From the NCBI RefSeq assembly GCF_009914755.1, contig NC_060930.1: a DNA stretch of 64,000 nucleotides. The stretch is one strand, 5' to 3'. The notes under the pieces are model-generated. The model searched no databases. It was given only the letters and a program-made list of their open reading frames with translations, and was not told where the DNA came from. Each line of letters opens with the position of its first letter. Positions within the stretch are counted from its first letter, which is position 1. Shown one piece after another: positions 53,240 through 64,000 of the stretch. Both the position numbers and the translations under genes were made by a program. Source of the DNA: the human T2T-CHM13v2.0 reference genome, Homo sapiens.

Positions 53240-53469
53240 CACAGGTGTCCAGTCTTTTGGCTTCCCTGAGCCACATTGGAAGAAGAACAGTTGTCCTGGG
53301 CCACACATAAAATACACCAACACTAATGATAGCTGATGAGCTAAATAAACAAAACAATTGCAATAAAAATCTCATAATGTTTTAAGAAAGTTTATGAGTT
53401 TGTGTTGGGCCTCATTCAAAGCTGTCCTGGGCCACATGTGGCCCATGGACTACAGCGTGGACAATCTTG
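53240..53469 (+). mobile_element. MER30-like hAT MITE (230 bp)
   Basis: GGTGTCCAGTCTTTTGGCTTCCCTG...GGACAATCTTG; 8-bp TSD TTTTAGAG / TCTTAGAG. Confidence 0.85.
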
Positions 53470-53836
53470 TCTTAGAGCTTTAATAATTATTTGAGAACTA
53501 ATAGTCTCATAGAGAAAGCACTTTTTCTTGTTTAAACTCCTGAAAAATTAGAAATATTTATTGAAAGCTTAAGACAAAGATTTAAATATCTTTTCTCTCG
53601 TTATGTTACCTTTAATTTAATTTTGACTATAAGAAGCCGTTATATTGGTTGATGGGTTTTTGACATTCTTAATATTATAGTGGGTTATTTGGTAAAGGAT
53701 TGAAATCATTATGGAATTTTGTGGTATATAGTGGAAATAATGTATTTTATTAGTTAAGAACCTACTAGCTGTTTTATTTGTGTTGTCTGTCACTTAGTAG
53801 CAAAAATTTCTCATCTCTGTTTAAAATGGAAATGGG

Positions 53837-54086
53837 GGTTGGGCGCTGTGGCTCACGCCTATAATCCCAGCACTTTGGGAGGCTGAAGCAGTGGGATTGC
53901 TTGGTTCCAGGAGTTTGAGAACAGCTTGGGCAACATGGCAAAACCTCATCTCTACAAAAAAATACAAAAATTAGCCGGGTGTGGTGGTGCGTGCCTGTAA
54001 TCTCAGCTACTTGGGTGGCTGAGGTGGGGAGGATTGCCTGAGCCTGGGAAGTTGAGGCTGCAGTGAACCAAGATTGCGCCACTGCA
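53837..54086 (+). mobile_element. Alu (J-like), 3'-truncated
   Basis: Sense dimer ending CCACTGCAAAA. Confidence 0.88.
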
Positions 54087-54554
54087 AAAAAGGTTGGGGG
54101 TGGGTAATGGGAGTTAGGAGAGACAGAATAATTTTGGCGGTACCTGGTATTATATAGCTAATATGCACTTATCAAAAGCTCCATAAGGATATCTGAGAAT
54201 GTGGGTGAGCCAATTCAGAGATACAGTAGTCCTTTTTCATTCTTTTCTTAATAAAGTCTTCTCGCTAGCCATCTGTAATTTAAAAGTCATCCCCCCCCCC
54301 ACTTTTGTTATTGAATATGCTACCTAGCATTAAGTAACCTCCTTACCTCCAAAAAAGCTCCTGAAGAAAGAAAGGAAGCAAAACGTGGCCAAGTGTGTTT
54401 GTGTTTGTTGTATTCTCTGCCAAGGCCTATGTAATTGACATGTGACCATTTTCAGACAGTTAGATTTTGGATTTGAATTCTGTTTACATCATGTCTTTAT
54501 GTGTTCAAATGCATTTATATTTTAATACTGATACTAAATTATTTCACTTCCTAG

Positions 54555-54707
<153 letters not shown>

Positions 54708-55377
54708 TAGGATCTTTCATTGTTTCAAGATGGTTTGTGGAGTGTTGTAAAGCTGTCTCAGAGGTGATGCTGAGCAACAGAGACTGAGACTTGTTCACAC
54801 TGGGTCCCAGGTTCCTATTTGTAGATGTTCTTTCTTTTTTTATTTTTTGAGTGTATGATATTTATTTTCTTTATTCAAATGTGTTATAAGAGTGTCAGTT
54901 TCATAGTGTCCTAACAAAACAGAATTCACTATCTTGATCTCTCGTCCCCGCACCCCTCACCATCCCCTAATCTCTCAGACTTAAACCAGAACTTTTCTTT
55001 CTGCCTGCATGGCATCTACAATACACATACCCCGAAAATTCTAATTGTAATTGATTTTCCTTTCTTATCCCTGAAATATTGTCAGTCACCAGATCCTGTT
55101 GATTCCTTCTCCAAATACTGTACATTCCTTTCTTTTTCTTGCCAGTGCCTTAGTGAAGTCCTTTTCCACCTTTTGCATAATAATTCCATTAGCTCCCAGA
55201 CTGGTTTTCCTGGTTTCTTAGAGATATCTCTCTAAACTAGAAGCCTTTTATAACTTTCCTTTCATAAAAGGTGAAGTCTAAATTATTTGATGTCTTTCAA
55301 GATCATGTAAAATGGTGTGTCAGTTTTTTGTTTCAGTCTCTTCCCCCACCATCCCCTCTTAAATCCTGTTTTTTGAA

Positions 55378-56470
55378 CGGAAGTCTGTCATAATCCTGAA
55401 AGACACTGTCTTGAACACCATAATCCCAAATGTTGAAATCTTAAAAGATGAAAGTCCCAAAACTAGGATTCTGTAAAAATAATAAAAAAAGATATTTATT
55501 TACATTTTAAAAAGGGGATTTGAGAAACGTATAAAAACATGACAGAACTCTTCATAGGCCACTTTTCACAATAAAATAGGCAATAATAACATATATATAG
55601 GCAATAAACATATATGTTTATTGAAACTATAAACACATATACTAACAATAGTTGCATGGGTATAACAGGAGCAGACAAACCATATTCATAAAGAATAGGG
55701 CGAAAGGTGAAATGCATAAACACATATTATTGTGGTTGGTAATTGTGCACCCAGCTTTGTTACTGCAGTCATCTGAAATACTGTGATGATGAACAAGCTG
55801 TCTTTTGATGAGATCAGTCAAAAACCATAGTGAGTCACCACTGCATTTGTAGTTGCCCAGAGAACTGAAATCTTGAGAAATTTTATCTTTTACAAGTGCA
55901 GATGTATGATAAAGGACATCTGTTCATTGATTAAGTTTCAGTGTTTTTATATACATACACAATGTTTACCCAGAAAGTAAATGTTGTGGTAATGCATTTT
56001 CATGGAGTTAAATTTGCAAAAAATGAATACAGTAAATTAGAACTCTCCAAAAATTTCTACATAATTAAAAAATGCTAACAATTTAAGATAGTGAAAATAA
56101 AAACAAAGAAAAAAAAAACACCCAAAACTAAAAAGGAAGTTTGACATAAAAAAAAGTGTATCACAGGGACAGATTATAGGCAGTTGCATGGAGATAGTCC
56201 ATAAGAGCTGGCTGTCTTTCTCAGTCATTAACTATATTTTGAAGTCTTGTACCACGAATAATAGGTGCTTTTTTTCTTTTAGGACATGGTTCTTGGAGAA
56301 TATGTTCATATTCATTTTCTTCATGAGATTGCTCTTTTTGGAATTCTTCTGTGATTGCTCTGATTGGGATTTTTAGGATTTTTGATGTTAGGGATTTTAA
56401 TCTAGGAATTTTGATCTTTTGGGATTTCAACATTTGGGATTATGGCTTTTGGGATTAGGAATTCAAACCC
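55378..56470. mobile_element. Ricksha-like (MULE/MuDR) DNA transposon with long TIRs
   Basis: CCATAATCCCAAATGTTGAAATC..AAAAGAT at ~55418 and its reverse complement ATCTTTTGGGATTTCAACATTTGGGATTATGG at ~56414-56445; ends TCAAACCC. Confidence 0.8.
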
Positions 56471-57004
56471 CTTTGACATACTGGGCTAAGCTGCTTTTAT
56501 GTGTGGTTTGGCCAGGTCATAGCAGCTACATAGCTGGCCCAAGACAAAAGTGAGGGACAGAACATTTTGGGGTTACCTAAGGATCTGTGGCAAACCTTTA
56601 ATTGTTGGGAGCTGTGTAGGAATCAGTAACTTGATTACATTTACAGTTGCCCCTTATACTCATCAGAGTACCTGAAATAGTGCTAGGTACATGAAAAGGA
56701 TCCAGCGAATTTTTCCTTATCAGTAGAAAAGGAAAATTCTTTTGGCCTAATGAAAAAGAATCATGCTAACAAAGATTATTTTTGAGGTATTTTGTTAGAC
56801 AATTGTGAATATAGATAAAAAGAGAACTATTAATATAAAAAGAAAAAAGATAGCAGAATCTTTTCCCCATCATTTTCCAAATAAAATACAGAAACATCTT
56901 TATTACTGTAGTTTAATACGTTCAGCTTTACACATTGCATTATGATAGGAAACACATTATAGTAAACTCATCTGTTACACCATTCATTTGTGGACTGTGT
57001 TCTA

Positions 57005-57300
57005 CAGTGGTACCGAAGTCAGTAACCGGGCAGGGATCTTTGCAGAATGTTAATAGGAAACTCTGAAAAAAAAGTTCAAGGTCAGATCATCCTAGGAAAT
57101 TGTGAGTAACTGAAGTTAAGTAGATTTCTTTGCTGTAGGATTCTCAGAGGCTTCACTCAGTATGTTCATTGTGAACCTCCATACAGAAGTATAGTGTACA
57201 GCTTTTCATAAACTCATTTGACAGGTAAATCCTTTTTTCAGGACATACCTATTCACATTTCATAGAACAAATGTTGCCTAAGACAGTTTGGGAGGTAGCA
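57005..57300 (+). mobile_element. MER103-like hAT-Charlie element
   Basis: CAGTG start; ATGTTAATAGG, TTTCTTTGCTGTAGGATTCTCAGAG, CATTGTGAACCTCC and AAACTCATTTGAC blocks resemble the MER103C consensus. Confidence 0.7.
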
Positions 57301-57359
57301 GTGTAGCATACTAAGGAAATAATGCATTTAAAATGTAAGCCTAACCAGATACATGATAT

Positions 57360-58064
57360 TGTAACTGCCCAGTGGGTTCTCCTTGCCCACTACCCAGACA
57401 GAGCTGATTTATCAAGATAGGAATTGCAGTAGAGAGACAGTAATTAATGTAGAGTCGGCTGTACGGGACACTGGAGTTTTATGATTACTCAAATCAGTCT
57501 CTCTGAAAACTCGGAGATCTGAATTTTTAAGGATAATTTGGTAGGTAGGGGCTTGGGTTGGAGATGAAATCATAGGGGGTCAAAATTGAGTTTTTCTTGC
57601 TTGCTTCTGTTCCTGTGTGGGAGCACAGAACTGGCTGGGCCGGATTACCTATCTAGGTGGCATCAGCTGGTGCATTGGAAGGTCTGCAAAATATCTGGAG
57701 CACTGATTTTAGGTGTTACAACTGTGATGTTATACCTGGGAGCAATTTGAGGAGGTTCAGATTCATGCAGCTGGAGGCTGTGTGGCTCCTAAACCGTAAT
57801 TTCTAATCTTGGAGCTAATTTGTTAGTCCTACAAAGGCTGACTGGTTCCCCAGGCAAGAAGGGGGTTTATTTTGGGAAAGGGTTATTATCATGTTTGTTT
57901 CAAAGTTAAACTTTAATAAACTAAGTTCTTTCCCAAGATTAGTTCGGCCTACACCCAGGAATGAACAAGGACAGCTTAGAGGTTAGAAGCAAGATGGAGT
58001 TGGTTAGGTCAGATCTCTTTTACATAATTTCCTTGGTTGTAATTTTTGCAAAGGCAAAATTACA
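57360..58064 (-). mobile_element. Solo ERV1 LTR (LTR8/LTR8A-like)
   Basis: Minus strand ...GCCTTTGCAAAAATTACAAC...GACCTAACCAACTCCATCTTGCTTCTAACCT and 3' end GGGCAGTTACA resemble the LTR8 consensus. Confidence 0.8.
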
Positions 58065-58105
58065 TCTTTCAACATCTTTTTATTTTTAAGAAGAATAAGA
58101 AATTA

Positions 58106-58716
<611 letters not shown>

Positions 58717-58836
58717 AGGTGTTAAAACTTTGTTTTTGATGTCTGATATATAATAATATGGTCGTCAAGATTTCATGTTTCTTGAGCATTACTTTGTGAA
58801 AATGAGTTTTTTTAATATATGTTAGATTTAAACTGA

Positions 58837-58965
<129 letters not shown>

Positions 58966-59688
58966 TAAGATGAATAGTTCCTAAAAAGAACTCTACAAAA
59001 CCTAGTTACTGTAATACAAAATGACAATAAAGTCATAATAAAAAGCAGTTTGGATACTCAGGTTTTCTCATGTTCTTTGTAAAATGATGTATTAGTCTTT
59101 TATTTGTAATATTTATTTGAAGTTAGTTAATTCATTTATTACCTTATTACTTGCCTCATTCTATAAAAGGATTTGAAGTGGCATACAAAAATGTGTAAAG
59201 ACTATAAAACAAGAAGTAAGTAGTTGAGAGAAGCTCTTTTATTCTGATTATTTTAGTTATTTGAGTTTCTTGATAATGTCAAGGTGACATTTTTTAAAAA
59301 ACATCTCACTAATATGTTTACCATAATTTTCAAGATTATCTGTAGGAATTACATTGTCCCATTATAAATTAGTCTATTTCTTATTTGAATCTTTCATTTT
59401 TAATTTACACTTTTAAAAATTGGAAGTCTGAATATCTCTATTGATCCATCACACCTTTTCAAAGAGACTAGATTAATTTCCTCTGTGATTTGAATTCTCA
59501 AAGTTGTAGAAGGCTTTAATGCCATTGACAGGCATCAGTGTCATTCACACTCATATTTGATTTTTTTTAGCCTTCAACAAGAGATCTGAAAAAGAGAATA
59601 GTAGATAATATTGAAAACAGAAGTGAAATACCCTGTTTAGCATTTTATAAATGAAAAATCTGCCAAAAGTACTAAAGGATGAAATTAA

Positions 59689-59940
<252 letters not shown>

Positions 59941-60114
59941 TAGAAAACGTCCTTAGTTTTTCAAAATTACAAAATGTGTTGAGACTCAATGATGGCAAGT
60001 ACATGCTCATCATTATTACCTCTACTCTTTATGTTTGAAAAATTTCATAGCAAAAAGTTAAAGAAGACAATTTTTATGCCATTTCTTCTGTTGCTAAGAA
60101 AGATATCCCTCGCA

Positions 60115-60230
60115 ACTTAATACCTAGGTGATGGGATGATCTGTGCATCAAACCCACCATGGCACACGTTTACCTGTGTAACAAACCTGCACATCCTGCA
60201 CGTGCATCCCTGAAATTAAAATAAAAGTTG
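60115..60230 (+). mobile_element. Old L1PA 3' end fragment (sense)
   Basis: ACCATGGCACACGTTTACCTGTGTAACAAACCTGCACATCCTGCAC...AAAATAAAAGTT. Confidence 0.8.
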
Positions 60231-61495
<1,265 letters not shown>

Positions 61496-62292
61496 TGGAG
61501 AAACCACCAAAAACCTCTTAATACCTCCACATTAACAAATTCAGTTAGTTACTGTTATTTTTACAGTATAATTTTACTTGTTTTTACTTTACCTTACATT
61601 CTCTTTTATGCATACATTTTTACAGTTCTTATCATAATATACATTTCAATTTCTATCTCTACCATTGTTATATACTTGTCCATGTTAATACATTATCTTC
61701 ATAGATACGATAATGTAATTAATTTTGTGAAAATAGCAATTTCCTCTCCAATTTTGTAGGAAAAAAATGGGATCCCTTATTTTGTTTTGACTTTTATTTA
61801 TTTGATTACTAGTGGAGTTGAAGACTTTTCTATATGCTTGTTAATTATATTTCATATTTCATTAATTACATTTCATATCTTCTCATTATATTTTAGAGTT
61901 TTAATGCTTTTTCTCAGTTTCATAGGTCAGTGCAAGTATGTGGGATATAATGAATATCTTAAAGTGAGCGTTTTATATTTTCTGCAGATATTTTATGTAA
62001 ACAATGGCAATCTTGGAGGTAGAAAGGAAAAAAAAGATCTGGAGGAAAATGAAAATGCTATAAATAGACTCAGCTGATTTTATAAATCTGTCAAGGGCCA
62101 TCTTTGTTTATGTGGTATCATTATAAATTAAAATTAACCCACCCACATTTTTTGAAGGCTAATTTTAGAAATCCAATAATTTTGGATATATTTTGTAATT
62201 TTTAAAATATTCTCTAGGTACTATTTGAACATTATTCTAAAATAGTAGTAAACTATTGCTAAATTAGCTGATCATTACTTAAGAAATAATTC

Positions 62293-63515
<1,223 letters not shown>

Positions 63516-64000
63516 TTGACAATTCTTAAAACTGTGTTCTTATTTTAATGAACTAATTTTGTAATAAGTTTGAAAATTGAGAGAATAAGGTCATTTTATA
63601 ATAGTGATACCATAAAATAATTTTAACTATAATCTGAATTTGTTAGCCTCTTACACCTGAGGATTTTCTTCTTTTTAAAACTATGATTTGTTTATTGTTT
63701 TCTAAGCTAGATAAATGACACTTCTACTTTTCTGCAGTTTTAAAACTGATAACATTTTGAAAGATTGCCATGATAGGGTAGAGAGAACAGATGAGTTGTT
63801 GACTTGGAGAGGGACTAGAGGGAAGCACCTTTAATCAGGACCTTACAGCCAGGCTTTGTAACCACATTCATCTAGAGATGTTAAAAGTTATAGAATATAA
63901 TTATATTTGTTTTATTTAAGAATTATTGTCAATAGAGTTAAATTTTATTTTATTCAAAATAAGTTGATGTATGTGGCCAGGAGGTTAATTTGCATTCCCA

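Overview
This is primate genomic DNA, and the translated exons match human myosin VI as I recall it. The window covers the middle of MYO6 on the + strand: 23 consecutive GT-AG exons (4-26 in standard NM_004999-type numbering, c.188-c.2867) that splice into one open frame. They encode the motor domain (P-loop GESGAGKT, switch [10 protein letters not shown], insert-1, switch II DIAGFE), the converter, insert-2 'reverse gear', the IQ motif, the 3-helix bundle and the start of the ER/K single-alpha-helix. The introns are AT-rich and contain about 35 Alus, two antisense solo ERV1 LTRs, L1 remnants and several DNA transposons. Most ORFs in the supplied track are Alu/L1 artefacts or exon read-through. 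I see no new protein-coding system. The best second-look items are: (1) a 5S rRNA-Alu-monomer chimeric retrocopy enclosed by one shared TSD; (2) a sense-oriented U13/SNORD13 copy with intact boxes, in the same intron; (3) a latent 108-nt pseudoexon in intron 23 built from a MER103 transposon; (4) a 147-bp direct repeat bracketing the in-frame insert-1 exon; (5) an AluY nested antisense inside another Alu; (6) cryptic splice sites. Repeat subfamily names and c./residue numbering come from memory, not from a database search.
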